DNA of 63,433 nucleotides, filler included, from Octopus bimaculoides (Eukaryota): NCBI RefSeq assembly GCF_001194135.2. It is 4 parts of 4 records of this genome, joined end to end, with 100 filler letters (N's around TTAATTAATTAA, not from the genome) between each part and the next. Parts side by side here need not be neighbours in the genome. Positions count along the whole stretch, not along the records: positions 1 to 27,873 come from NC_069010.1; 3 more parts are not named here. One strand, 5' to 3'. Below, in pieces: positions 12,681-25,478 of the stretch (position 1 is its first letter; each line of letters opens with the position of its first letter). The position numbers and the translations under genes are program-made. The notes below the pieces were generated by a model. The model did no database searches. It worked only from the letters and a program-made list of their open reading frames with translations, and had not been told where the DNA came from.

Positions 12681-14869
12681 CTTTTCATTGCTCAGACCGA
12701 GAAATGCTCTACAAATACAGTGAAAGTATCATCTGCTTTTATCCAGAGATTTAACAAACTACTTCGTAATGCCAAGTTCGATACGGGGTAGGGATAGAAT
12801 GATTTTTCCCAGTTGAATTACAGACTAATCAGCCATATTAAATGACCCTGGGACTAATGTTTTATGCGGCCATGCCTTGACCACCCAATGTATTTCTTTC
12901 GCTCTGCTGACTCACATATATAAATTTAGTATTATATTTTTCATGCAAACAATGCGTTTCTCTGAAAAATACATACAGACAGATTGACAGGGAGACATAC
13001 GGACGGGTGGACAGACAGGTAAAGAGATAGATAGACAGATACACAGCCAGACAGAAAGACGTATAAATACACAGCTAGAGAGAGAGAAAGAAAGAAAGAA
13101 AGATAGCTGGATGGATGGATGGATGGATTGATGGAAGTTGCAGGAATTGGAAATATAACTGAAATTCCACAGCTTTACATTCAAGTAGAAAAGAANNNNN
13201 NNNNNNNNNNNNNNNNNNNNNNNNNNNNNNNNNNNNNNNNNNNNNNNNNNNNNNNNNNNNNNNNNNNNNNNNNNNNNNNNNNNNNNNNNNNNNNNNNNNN
13301 NNNNNNNNNNNNNNNNNNNNNNNNNNNNNNNNNNNNNNNNNNNNNNNNNNNNNNNNNNNNNNNNNNNNNNNNNNNNNNNNNNNNNNNNNNNNNNNNNNNN
13401 NNNNNNNNNNNNNNNNNNNNNNNNNNNNNNNNNNNNNNNNNNNNNNNNNNNNNNNNNNNNNNNNNNNNNNNNNNNNNNNNNNNNNNNNNNNNNNNNNNNN
13501 NNNNNNNNNNNNNNNNNNNNNNNNNNNNNNNNNNNNNNNNNNNNNNNNNNNNNNNNNNNNNNNNNNNNNNNNNNNNNNNNNNNNNNNNNNNNNNNNNNNN
13601 NNNNNNNNNNNNNNNNNNNNNNNNNNNNNNNNNNNNNNNNNNNNNNNNNNNNNNNNNNNNNNNNNNNNNNNNNNNNNNNNNNNNNNNNNNNNNNNNNNNN
13701 NNNNNNNNNNNNNNNNNNNNNNNNNNNNNNNNNNNNNNNNNNNNNNNNNNNNNNNNNNNNNNNNNNNNNNNNNNNNNNNNNNNNNNNNNNNNNNNNNNNN
13801 NNNNNNNNNNNNNNNNNNNNNNNNNNNNNNNNNNNNNNNNNNNNNNNNNNNNNNNNNNNNNNNNNNNNNNNNNNNNNNNNNNNNNNNNNNNNNNNNNNNN
13901 NNNNNNNNNNNNNNNNNNNNNNNNNNNNNNNNNNNNNNNNNNNNNNNNNNNNNNNNNNNNNNNNNCTCCAGCTGTACCTGAAAACAGAGATGAATGAGTC
14001 TAAAATTGCATGAACGCAGTGTTGTCAGCAAGCGGTGAATTTTGATATAAAAATCATTCGAGTTTCACAGTCATTAGTTTGGTAAAGAGAGGAGAAAAAC
14101 CTTCGTTTCATGTAAACCTTATTGGACTTGAAGAAGGAAATGACTGGGTGAGATTAATGCAATAACTAGTTTGAACTGTTATGAATCGTATTTAGATGTT
14201 GGAAAAACTGAGGTTCGAATAAGAATGCAAGAAGCCGTAAATTTGAAGCATTGGAACAATTTACATATCTGAAGAGAGAGGAGGTCTTAAAAGTAGTCAG
14301 GCATATGAATCTTTGTATCCTACATAACGTGAATATATTGTTAGAACGCCGTATTACTGTGGTATATGGCTTGAGAGATCCTCCCACATAGATGTACAGA
14401 GCTAAAAGCTCAGACATATCGTTATTAGTCGAGAATCATGTAGCATGTTAATTCAATGCATGGAATTCAGTGAATAATTCTGTAAATAGCTAAAGTTTCA
14501 TACTAACAGGTAAAACCTCTACGTGCATTTTACCCACATGATTTATACAGTGCGTATAAGAAACACATGTGCCAGGAGTAGGAATTCACTATGAATTAAN
14601 NNNNNNNNNTGCGTATAAGAAACACATGTGCCAGGAGTAGGAATTCACTATGAATTAAATATATTACTATAAATGAAAACAGTCGAACGATCTTTTAAGC
14701 TTCGTTATGGAATTAAGAAAGTCCATGTGGATTTCTTCTTGGTGGCGAGTGAAACTTTAGAGTCAATATAGTGACTCTAAAAAGGTAATTATGTGAATGT
14801 AAGAATACAAGATACTGCTAATAAAAGTATCAAATTAATGTGTGGATTCATGTGCATAAATAAATAGCT

Positions 14870-14901
<32 letters not shown>

Positions 14902-15696
14902 NNNNNNNNNNNNNNNNNNNNNNNNNNNNNNNNNNNNNNNNNNNNNNNNNNNNNNNNTGTGTGTGTGTGTGATTTCAAAAGATTGTTTTTCGTTTTCTAA
15001 ACACATTTTTGCCTGAGATATTATTGCTTCATAATTATAAGGAATTTCATTGATTGTCTGCTTNNNNNNNNNNNNNNNNNNNNNNNNNNNNNNNNNNNNN
15101 NNNNNNNNNNNNNNNNNNNNNNNNNNNNNNNNNNNNNNNNNNNNNNNNNNNNNNNNNNNNNNNNNNNNNNNNNNNNNNNNNNNNNNNNNNNNNNNNNNNN
15201 NNNNNNNNNNNNNNNNNNNNNNNNNNNNNNNNNNNNNNNNNNNNNNNNNNNNNNNNNNNNNNNNNNNNNNAGAGAGAGAGAGAGAGAGAAGAATCACTCC
15301 CAAAATCGGGCAGGTATTTTATTTATCGATTGAATAATTATAGGTGAAGCTGACCTCAGCCAAATTTGAAATCAGAGCGCAGACATAATCACGAATANNN
15401 NNNNNNNGCTGACCTCAGCCAAATTTGAAATCAGAGCGCAGACATAATCACGAATACTACAAAGCAATTTGCACGAAGTTTTAATGTTTCTGCCAATTCA
15501 TCACCTTTCNNNNNNNNNNNNNNNNNNNNNNNNNNNNNNNNNNNNNNNNNNNNNNNNNNNNNNNNNNNNNNNNNNNNNNNNNNNNNNNNNNNNNNNNNNN
15601 NNNNNNNNNNNNNNNNNNNNNNNNNNNNNNNNNNNNNNNNNNNNNNNNNNNNNNNNNNNNNNNNNNNNNNNNNNNNNNNNNNNNNNNNNNNNNNNN

Positions 15697-15805
15697 CTTG
15701 CGAAGCTTTTTGATACATGCCAGTACATCAACATCTTGATCACTCACCATTTCATTTAGAAGTATGTCAATGCAAATGTAAGCTCCTGTACGACCAACGC
15801 CATCA
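15697..15805 (-). CDS. RPTP D1 exon (PTP signature loop), 5' part (remainder in N gap)
   Basis: ctctttcag|T GAT GGC GTT GGT CGT ACA GGA..., phase 2 start. Translates CDGVGRTGAYICIDILLNEMVSDQDVDVLACIKKLRK. Confidence 0.92.
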
Positions 15806-16751
15806 CTGAAAGAGGAGCGAAGGGCAATAAAATGATTATGAGAACTTCCAACAATTTAAAAAATAACAAGATAAATACTTGGATTAGGCTCAGAGAACAT
15901 AAATTATTTACAATTCTTATTCAGGAGTAGGAAAAGAAAGAGAATTGAGTAATATTAGAAATGAGATTCTAAATTTGACAGTAACGCGTCTGGCAGTATA
16001 TTCTGTATCACCCACCAAAACAGTTTTAAATAAAATCTTTCTTTAGGGGTGAAAACAATCATTATTGAGGCGACAGATTCTGTTGATTTATGACAAAGTT
16101 AGTTAAAATTTCTTGACTTACTACATCACACATGCCTACATTACTAAGAACCTAGGATGTAAACCTCGGTAATTTTTCTCAGTCAATATCCTATTTTGCG
16201 ATGCTTTCTTTTCTTTAAACCAACTCAATGTTTAGAATTGACTTTTTGTTGACGTGTGTTTTCTTTGATTAAACATAAGTTGACTCTAAAAACGTTTTGA
16301 ATATCATTGTTACACAAAGAATAGAAAACGCAGTAAAAGTTCTACAGAAGCTCATTTGGTTCACTTTAGGCAAAATCTTTGTGGAATTTTACACCTAATG
16401 AATATAATTTTACTACAAAATGCACTATATAATAACAAAACACTTCAAAATTTAACATTTTATGTCATCAAAGCACACACCCACCCATCCACACACGCAC
16501 ACATACACACAAACATAAGTTTTATTTCTCGCTACTCAAGTGAGTCATAAAAAATATAAACAATGCTACATGAGTATATATACAGGCAGCTTCAAATTCA
16601 TCTCTGATACTATCGATTCTCTTTCAGAAATAATGAAAAAAGAAACAACACATTATTATATAGAAAATATAAGTTTGCTTATTATTAATATAATTATATC
16701 TACATACATATATAAAATATAAGTCATGTTGATATAATTATAGTTACAAAC

Positions 16752-16913
16752 CAGCAATGTACGACCAAAGGGTATGATAACTCTTCTCTGATTTTCAAAG
16801 CGTTTCTGAATTCTAAGACATATTCGGCGTGAGGTGGAATGTTATGATCTGGCCNNNNNNNNNNTTTTAAAGAAGAAGTGATTGATTATCCAACTTTCAT
16901 CTTGATAAACTGT
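16752..16913 (-). CDS. RPTP D1 exon (WPD loop to VHC)
   Basis: tttacag|ACA...TGC TG|gtttgt, phase 0-2. Translates TVYQDESWIINHFFFK-x-WPDHNIPPHAEYVLEFRNALKIREELSYPLVVHC. 152 nt are visible and 3 nt inside the 10-N gap would give the usual 155 nt. Confidence 0.9.
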
Positions 16914-17588
16914 CTGTAAATAAAACATGAAAAGGTTTGAAATGAACGACATGGGAGAAAATAAATGAACCACATATAAAGCACTATAACACTGTGTGTG
17001 TAGTACTTATACATTTCTACAGTTTTCAACCGATTTTCAACAAATTTTAGACACACATTATTGATATTGACTTATAAAATCGTTTCATATACTTTGTAGC
17101 ATATTATTGTTGCATAACGAAATACCGCGTACCTACAAGCCATTCATATTTATGTAACACCTTCTAGGACTGTATTTGATATGTAAAATTGGTNNNNNNN
17201 NNNCATATTTATGTAACACCTTCTAGGACTGTATTTGATATGTAAAATTGGTATATTCAATAAGTCGCACCACTGTATTTAGTGGATATTGAAGCAATGT
17301 GTTTGTGGATCATTAAAGAGGTTAGGTGGGTGCAGATGAAAGCGCAACAACTCCCGAAATATGGCATTCCTCTTTTTACATCTTCGATCTCATAGTTTGT
17401 TCATATCTGGCGTCNNNNNNNNNNGATACGAAACGTCGTTACAAAAATCAGGCTATAATTTCTATAGACTATCCGTAGAGATATCCTTAACAGGAGATTT
17501 ATTCACTCCAATAAATCGTGGAATTTAAGTGGAGGATGATACTTAACAGTTGATTAGATTTTGTTCAATCAAATGTGGGTGGGTTCTA

Positions 17589-18351
17589 TATAGGGCTTTC
17601 CTATAAGATGTTATCCACCCCTGATTGGAACTCTCCCGTATGACATGTACGCATGCTNNNNNNNNNNNNNNNNNNNNNNNNNNNNNNNNNNNNNNNNNNN
17701 NNNNNNNNNNNNNNNNNNNNNNNNNNNNNNNNNNNNNNNNNNNNNNNNNNNNNNNNNNNNNNNNNNNNNNNNNNNNNNNNNNNNNNNNNNNNNNNNNNNN
17801 NNNNNNNNNNNNNNNNNNNNNNNNNNNNNNNNNNNNNNNNNNNNNNNNNNNNNNNNNNNNNNNNNNNNNNNNNNNNNNNNNNNNNNNNNNNNNNNNNNNN
17901 NNNNNNNNNNNNNNNNNNNNNNNNNNNNNNNNNNNNNNNNNNNNNNNNNNNNNNNNNNNNNNNNNNNNNNNNNNNNNNNNNNNNNNNNNNNNNNNNNNNN
18001 NNNNNNNNNNNNNNNNNNNNNNNNNNNNNNNNNNNNNNNNNNNNNNNNNNNNNNNNNNNNNNNNNNNNNNNNNNNNNNNNNNNNNNNNNNNNNNNNNNNN
18101 NNNNNNNNNNNNNNNNNNNNNNNNNNNNNNNNNNNNNNNNNNNNNNNNNNNNNNNNNNNNNNNNNNNNNNNNNNNNNNNNNNNNNNNNNNNNNNNNNNNN
18201 NNNNNNNNNNNNNNNNNNNNNNNNNNNNNNNNNNNNNNNNNNNNNNNNNNNNNNNNNNNNNNNNNNNNNNNNNNNNNNNNNNNNNNNNNNNNNNNNNNNN
18301 NNNNNNNNCGCCTAGCCAAGGGAGATAACCTACTTATAGGAAAGCCCTATA
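17589..18351. mobile_element. TIR-bounded DNA element (MITE-like), interior is N
   Basis: 19-bp perfect inverted repeat TATAGGGCTTTCCTATAAG (17589-17607 / 18333-18351) with further imperfect pairing inward. Confidence 0.6.
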
Positions 18352-18619
18352 CATATATGTGCGTGTAGTGAATTAAAGGCAGCATTAATAACTGGCAGTG
18401 ATTCACTTGAGCTCATATGTATAAACCATTCATTAATGAATATGCAGTGCCTCAATAAATATAGACTTCAGGTTTAACTTTGGAGTACATTTAAAAAAAA
18501 AAAAATGGTTTACCATTTGTTTGCAATATCTTGGCTCATTTCATGAACATTAAAAAATCGGAAAATTTTGAATTTGCAGTTTCTGCAAACTTCTAGATTT
18601 TTTTCTCTAGAATTGATTT

Positions 18620-19090
18620 TTGATGGATGGCAAGAGTTAAAGTCCAAAAATTATTGTCTCTGTTGTTTTTTTGTAAGTCTGTTGTAAGACTTTTGCTCGT
18701 TTATATATTTTGTCAAATACGTACGTGTGTTGTTATCTCTGAATAACATTGTTTTATTTGGATGTCTAAAAATAGTAGGGCACTCTGACTGGAATCTACT
18801 GTGAATTCCTGAATCAGTGAATGAAGTATGTTGAGTTTGTTGTTAAAATTTTTGAAGCTCTTCGTTTGATTTGTCCCAAAATGTAAAACGGTCATCCAGT
18901 TTCCATTTATCAATAACATTAAAAGAAACTGATGAAATGCCTGTACTTTTTTCTCGTAAGTAGCCTATTACCAGTTCGGTATACGAGTGTGTGGCTATTT
19001 TACCCAACACTGTTCCTTTTATATGTTTTTCCATCAAAGATGAAGACGTTCACTTTCAGTACTACCTACGTAGCTTCAGATGTGAAGTCA
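18620..19090 (-). mobile_element. Penelope-like element reverse transcriptase fragment (decayed)
   Basis: Across frameshifts: NVFIFDGK...IKGTVLGKIATHSYTELVIGYLREK...KLDDRFTFWDKSNEELQKF/NNKLNILH...LLFLDIQIK...FLDFNSCHPSKI, the PLE RT palm and thumb motifs. Confidence 0.8.
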
Positions 19091-19404
19091 ATTTTGAATC
19101 GCAAAGAATATTAGAAACAATAAAATAGTAGAAAATGAAAAAACAACGGCATTTCACTAATTTTAGACTACATTTTATTCTTTTTAATCCTTTATTTCAG
19201 TCAGTCATTATCCCAGTACTTGTTTATCAAAGCCTGGTAATTATTATATCGTTGTCTTTTGCCGAACCGCTAGGTTACGAGGGCGTAAACTCACCAGCAC
19301 CGGTTATGAACCGGTGATGGGAGGACAAACACAAACACAAAGGAAAACATACATAGATGTAGATGTGGATATATATATATATATATATATATATNNNNNN
19401 NNNN

Positions 19405-19439
<35 letters not shown>

Positions 19440-19667
19440 GATGAGCTTCTTTCATTTTCTGTCTTCCAAATCCGCTTTCGGTCAGCCCGGGGCTCTAATA
19501 GAAAGCACTTATCCAAGGTGTCACGCAGTGGGACTGAACCCGGAAGAATGTGGTTGGGAAGCAAGCTTATTTTACTGAACGCTGATTTCAAAGTCAAAGT
19601 GCTTCTGTTTTAGACCTTTTAAGCAGTATTAGTTTTACATAACATGAAATATTATGGAGAGCCTTAC

Positions 19668-19709
19668 CTTTGAAATAAAAAATCTTCGGTGTATATAGGT
19701 TGAATGACA
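19668..19709 (-). CDS. RPTP D1 exon, 3' part only (remainder in N gap)
   Basis: Emerges from the gap as CHSTYIHRRFFISK|gtaagg, phase 0. Fits the YxxRxFxxxK end of the KCxxYWP exon and is in frame with 16913. Confidence 0.6.
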
Positions 19710-20148
19710 NNNNNNNNNNNNNNNNNNNNNNNNNNNNNNNNNNNNNNNNNNNNNNNNNNNNNNNNNNNNNNNNNNNNNNNNNNNNNNNNNNNNNNNNNNN
19801 NNNNNNNNNNNNNNNNNNNNNNNNNNNNNNNNNNNNNNNNNNNNNNNNNNNNNNNNNNNNNNNNNNNNNNTTTTTTTTTTAATAACTGTATTTCGTATGT
19901 GATGAAAATATGAGAATTGAAATTGGGAAAGTATTTGAGCGTGATGTGACGCGTGTGAAGAGTCAAATATAATCAAGTGATTATTAGTGTAGGAAACGTT
20001 GGTACCGAGAATCTCTATACTTCCATTTCGACTGAGAGTATGTGTAGTATGAACACATTATCAACAGAGTAATTTAGTAAAAATCTTCATACAATCCATT
20101 AAACATTTACGGTTTAACATACCCACAGAACAATAAATACATATATAT

Positions 20149-20190
<42 letters not shown>

Positions 20191-20200
20191 NNNNNNNNNN

Positions 20201-20235
<35 letters not shown>

Positions 20236-20413
20236 GTGTGTGTGTGTGCGCGCTCATGTATTTGTGTGTCTGTGCGTGCACAATACACACATACATACAT
20301 ACATATGTATAAAGGAAATTTCAGAAAGAATTTTTCTGTTGTAAATGTTCCCTGATAGATACGATATCAATTCAATAAAATTATTGTTAAAATCTCTATT
20401 TCTTAAAACGTAC

Positions 20414-20564
20414 CTTTCCTGCGGCATTCATATCTTCCAGTAGAACAATAATATTACATTTTAATTGCCAAATCATCCTCCAAAAGTCTGTCACTGTACT
20501 TNNNNNNNNNNTTTTAATTGCCAAATCATCCTCCAAAAGTCTGTCACTGTACTTTGTGTAGCAC
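20414..20564 (-). CDS. RPTP D1 exon (DFWRMIW motif; true length 98 nt, split by an overlap artefact)
   Basis: ttgaatag|GT GCT...GGA AAG|gtacgt, phase 1-0. After removing the duplicated gap flank it reads GATQSTVTDFWRMIWQLKCNIIVLLEDMNAAGK. Confidence 0.9.
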
Positions 20565-21219
20565 CTATTCAAATAAAAGATGCATAAAATAACACTGAAT
20601 CAGAAATATTTAAAGAAATTTTTATATCACTGTATTCTGTTCATATTNNNNNNNNNNNNNNNNNNNNNNNNNNNNNNNNNNNNNNNNNNNNNNNNNNNNN
20701 NNNNNNNNNNNNNNNNNNNNNNNNNNNNNNNNNNNNNNNNNNNNNNNNNNNNNNNNNNNNNNTAAATTTCCTTGTTATTTGTACTAATCCTGTACGTTAT
20801 ATTTCCCGCAATCAATAAACTCTAAGTCAGGCTCATAGCATGAGAATTGCTTTTCAAAGGCTCAAACATTAGAAGTAATTNNNNNNNNNNNNNNNNNNNN
20901 NNNNNNNNNNNNNNNNNNNNNNNNNNNNNNNNNNNNNNNNNNNNNNNNNNNNNNNNNNNNNNNNNNNNNNNNNNNNNNNNNNNNNNNNNNNNNNNNNNNN
21001 NNNNNNNNNNNNNNNNNNNNNNNNNNNNNNNNNNNNNNNNNNNNNNNNNNNNNNNNNNNNNNNNNNNNNNNNNNNNNNNNNNNNNNNNNNNNNNNNNNNN
21101 NNNNNNNNNNNNNNNNNNNNNNNNNNNNNNNNNNNNNNNNNNNNNNNNNNNNNNNNNNNNNNNNNNNNNNNNNNNNNNNNNNNNNNNNNNNNNNNNNNNN
21201 NNNNNNNNNNNNNNNNNNN

Positions 21220-21251
<32 letters not shown>

Positions 21252-21810
21252 AATGGAATTGTGATGGTGAGCATTTAACACTGAAAAGAAAAATGAAACA
21301 GCGTTTCAACTCAGTGTGGGTATATGCGTGTATGCTTGTGTGTGTTCAAGGGAAGTATGTGAAAGTTTATGCGTGTGAGCCAGCTTTCTTTCAGTAACAA
21401 ACGATCATCGATGTAATATCTCAACAGACAACCACTAGATAACATTGAGAAGTGTATTAATTTGAACTACCATCCGTATTCTATCTGTTGTGTTATACAT
21501 AATTATTACAATTTCATACATCTACACATATAGATATACAAACTCATTAGAGAAAATAATTATTGCCCGAGTGTATCAAGAATATAAAACGACTGCAGTT
21601 GAAAAGTATATTTAAATACACATTTAACAATTCACACATGTGCCGAATTTATTTGTATTAAGAAATTTATGTAATAAATTTTGAATAGGGAGTTTTTACA
21701 ACATCNNNNNNNNNNTAAATTTTGAATAGGGAGTTTTTACAACATCAGCTATAAGTCACGGACTGCTTTTTGTGGCTTTAAGTCGTATGAATTTAGGTTG
21801 GTTTGAAAGG

Positions 21811-21925
21811 AAACGTCACTTCGAAAAAGTTGGTATTTACGTGCCAGCTCCCGTAATTGGTCACGGCCAGCTTTATGTGGCCTTAAGTTGTACAAGAAGG
21901 AAGGAAAACTTAAAAATTCTTTTGA
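21811..21925 (+). mobile_element. Helitron PIF1-like helicase C-terminal fragment
   Basis: FEKVGIYVPAPVIGHGQLYVALSCTRRKENLKILL matches the xxxVGIxLxxPVFxHGQLYVAxSR motif. Confidence 0.8.
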
Positions 21926-23136
21926 AGGAAACAAGCAGTCANNNNNNNNNNAAATTCTTTTGAAGGAAACAAGCAGTCAAGGCATGTTAGCTGCAGATAG
22001 AGTTTTCACACAAAAAATTGGTAATGAAAGAATTTTAAAACTAAAAGCATGGATTTGTATATTATTCATATAGGCGTAGGAGTGGCTGTGTGGTAAGTAG
22101 CTTGCTTAGCAACCACANNNNNNNNNNNNNNNNNNNNNNNNNNNNNNNNNNNNNNNNNNNNNNNNNNNNNNNNNNNNNNNNNNNNNNNNNNNNNNNNNNN
22201 NNNNNNNNNNNNNNNNNNNNNNNNNNNNNNNNNNNNNNNNNNNNNNNNNNNNNNNNNNNNNNNNNNNNNNNNNNNNNNNNNNNNNNNNNNNNNNNNNNNN
22301 NNNNNNNNNNNNNNNNNNNNNNNNNNNNNNNNNNNNNNNNNNNNNNNNNNNNNNNNNNNNNNNNNNNNNNNNNNNNNNNNNNNNNNNNNNNNNNNNNNNN
22401 NNNNNNNNNNNNNNNNNNNNNNNNNNNNNNNNNNNNNNNNNNNNNNNNNNNNNNNNNNNNNNNNNNNNNNNNNNNNNNNNNNNNNNNNNNNNNNNNNNNN
22501 NNNNNNNNNNNNNNNNNNNNNNNNNNNNNNNNNNNNNNNNNNNNNNNNNNNNNNNNNNNNNNNNNNNNNNNNNNNNNNNNNNNNNNNNNNNNNNNNNNNN
22601 NNNNNNNNNNNNNNNNNNNNNNNNNNNNNNNNNNNNNNNNNNNNNNNNNNNNNNNNNNNNNNNNNNNNNNNNNNNNNNNNNNNNNNNNNNNNNNNNNNNN
22701 NNNNNNNNNNNNNNNNNNNNNNNNNNNNNNNNNNNNNNNNNNNNNNNNNNNNNNNNNNNNNNNNNNNNNNNNNNNNNNNNNNNNNNNNNNNNNNNNNNNN
22801 NNNNNNNNNNNNNNNNNNNNNNNNNNNNNNNNNNNNNNNNNNNNNNNNNNNNNNNNNNNNNNNNNNNNNNNNNNNNNNNNNNNNNNNNNNNNNNNNNNNN
22901 NNNNNNNNNNNNNNNNNNAACAGGATAAACTACCCCTATTTTGCAGAGAAAAGTGTAAGTGGCTAGCTCACTCTCACACACTTTCATACATGTTAATGGT
23001 CATGGTTTTTAATATTTTTTTGTCGTTGTAAAATCTTGTTAATATTTCGTTCTTTTATCTTGTTNNNNNNNNNNGTTAATATTTCGTTCTTTTATCTTGT
23101 TTGCAGGATTCTTTATGTGAATTTGTGTGTTGTAAC

Positions 23137-23365
23137 AAATTTTGTTGTGTCTGGGCAGAGTCATACTGCCTTAATATCTAACACACTCACCGGTTCAAGT
23201 TCCACTCATTTATTATTTTTTTCTTCTTGTTTTTCTTTCGCTTTTTCTTTTTTCTATTTTTAAACAGAAANNNNNNNNNNTTTAAATAATATGTAAATGG
23301 AAATTGAATCGGTGAGTGTGTTAGATATTAAAGCAGTATGACTCTCCCTTGACGCAACAAAATTT
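23137..23365. repeat. About 80-bp imperfect inverted repeat in an RPTP intron
   Basis: Arms about 23137-23218 and 23283-23365 share GAGTCATACTGCxTTAATATCTAACACACTCACCG; the spacer contains a 10-N gap. Confidence 0.8.
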
Positions 23366-23398
23366 CTTGATATCTTTGTTGCTGTAATCCATCTACCG

Positions 23399-23675
23399 TG
23401 GAGGTGCAATGGCCCATTGGTTAGGGAAGCGGACTCGCGGTCATAGGATCGCGGTTTCGATTCCCAGNNNNNNNNNNNNNNNNNNNNNNNNNNNNNNNNN
23501 NNNNNNNNNNNNNNNNNNNNNNNNNNNNNNNNNNNNNNNNNNNNNNNNNNNNNNNNNNNNNNNNNNNNNNNNNNNNNNNNNNNNNNNNNNNNNNNNNNNN
23601 NNNNNNNNNNNNNNNNNNNNNNNNNCAAAGGGTCAGCCTTGTCACACTCCGTGTCACGCTGAATATCCCTGAGAA
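23399..23675 (+). mobile_element. tRNA-derived SINE (family D), interior partly N, antisense in an RPTP intron
   Basis: tRNA-like head with A box TGGCCCATTGG and B box GGTTTCGATTCC, followed by non-tRNA body sequence. Confidence 0.65.
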
Positions 23676-23694
23676 TGAAAGGGTTTTGACGTAC

Positions 23695-23768
23695 GCAGAT
23701 GAAGTTTGCATTGATGTAATCTGAAGAAGAAATCTCGTCAGGTCGAAGTTTCACACGTGAATGGTCGT
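23695..23768 (-). CDS. RPTP D1 exon (DxxRVxL / DYINA motifs)
   Basis: atttcag|AC...TGC|gtacgt, 74 nt, phase 1-0. Translates YDHSRVKLRPDEISSSDYINANFIC. Confidence 0.92.
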
Positions 23769-25390
23769 CTGAAATATGCATCGAAAAATTATACACATGT
23801 TAGTTAGTAAGTTATTAGTTATATCAGCAAAAAGTAGAATCTGTAAAGATATCTAAAACTAAAATCATAAATATTGCTTAGGTTACACAAAGTGATTGAA
23901 CAAGTGATATTTGATAAAAAGAAAATAAATACAATAAACATTAGANNNNNNNNNNNNNNNNNNNNNNNNNNNNNNNNNTGCTTGGTAATACCAAGGTAAA
24001 GGGGGTGGGGAGCATGTGAATTTGTAAGAGCGAGAACATAAAAAGAAATAATAGATTGAGACAATATTCCGAATTTTGCATAATTTAAATCGTTCAGTAG
24101 AAATATAATTAGTTATCGGTGGATAAAATATTAGGAATAATTAAGAGATAAATTATGAGATTTTGATCAGCCAGCAAATTACTTTAAAAGAAATTAAAGA
24201 CTTTCCTGAAAAATAAATCAATTTGCTGGATTCAAGCCGGTCACATTCCTTTGAACTCAATATTATCACAAAATTGAATCCTTTTTATACTAATGCAGAA
24301 TCTATTGAGTAATACCATGACATTATTTGTTCAATATAATCTGGGTGCGTATTTCACCTGTCTTTACGTTCTGAGTTCAAATTGCCTTTCATCCTTTCGG
24401 AGTTAATAAATTAAGTACCAGTTGCATACTGGTGGTCTATCTAATCCACTGGCCCATTTCCCAAAAATTTCGGGCCTTGTGCCTAGATTAGAAAAAAATA
24501 TAATCTGGATGCCAGATTTTATAATTGTCTTTAAAAGGCTAGCAATTTCTAGATGCATTTTATTTCAAGGACTCACCAAGCATAAATCTCCCCATTCATA
24601 GAGGTTACAAAAGTATTTANNNNNNNNNNGAAGCATTTAAATGTGTTTGTAGGTATTTCTCATATATCCACTTTCACTTTCACTTTCTGTCGCTCTTATC
24701 ATAACGTTATATCTATTTCTCTGCATATCATTACTTACCAGCTTTACTCGGAGTTTAAATTGAAAAATATATAAATGAGGTAGTCTAGATTAGGTAATTT
24801 ACTTCGAACATAGAAATATTACATAAACCTTTCTACTGAAGGCACANNNNNNNNNNTTACTTCGAACATAGAAATATTACATAAACCTTTCTACTGAAGG
24901 CACAAGACCTTGAAATTTTGTGGGAGGGGACTAGTCGATACATCAATTCTAGTGTTTCACTGGTATTTAATTTATCGATCCCGAAGGATGAAAGACAAAG
25001 NNNNNNNNNNNNNNNNNNNNNNNNNNNNNNNNNNNNNNNNNNNNNNNNNNNNNNNNNNNNNNNNNNNNNNNNNNNNNNNNNNNNNNNNNNNNNNNNNNNN
25101 NNNNNNNNNNNNNNNNNNNNNNNNNNNNNNNNNNNNNNNNNNNNNNNNNNNNNNNNNNNNNNNNNNNNNNNNNNNNNNNNNNNNNNNNNNNNNNNNNNNN
25201 NNNNNNNNNNNNNNNNNNNNNNNNNNNNNNNNNNNNNNNNNNNNNNNNNNNNNNNNNNNNNNNNNNNNNNNNNNNNNNNNNNNNNNNNNNNNNNNNNNNN
25301 NNNNNNNNNNNNNNNNNNNNNNNNNNNNNNNNNNNNNNNNNNNNNNNNNNNNNNNNNGCTTTACAATATATGAAAGAAATCAGTATTTAC

Positions 25391-25478
25391 ATGGAAGTAT
25401 AGTTTTACACTGATTCTTCTTTGCATTCTCAGGTTTCATTCCTTCATTATAAGCCAGTGATAAGGGCTTTGGCAGCCT
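25391..25478 (-). CDS. RPTP D1 exon (KNRY-loop exon)
   Basis: attcacag|AGG...CCA T|gtaaat, 88 nt, phase 0-1, the size and phase typical of this exon in RPTP genes. Translates RLPKPLSLAYNEGMKPENAKKNQCKTILP. Confidence 0.85.

Noticed and set aside
14968-15063. Coding-looking - strand frame KQTINEIPYNYEAIISQAKMCLENEKQSFE as the D1-D2 linker exon
   Set aside because: No suitable donor before the (CA)n run, and the 5' end is in a gap; cannot be supported.
23399-23467. tRNA-like sequences here and at 22073, 48875 and 49871 as tRNA genes
   Set aside because: They have A/B boxes but no complete cloverleaf, and they continue into repeat bodies, so they are SINE heads.
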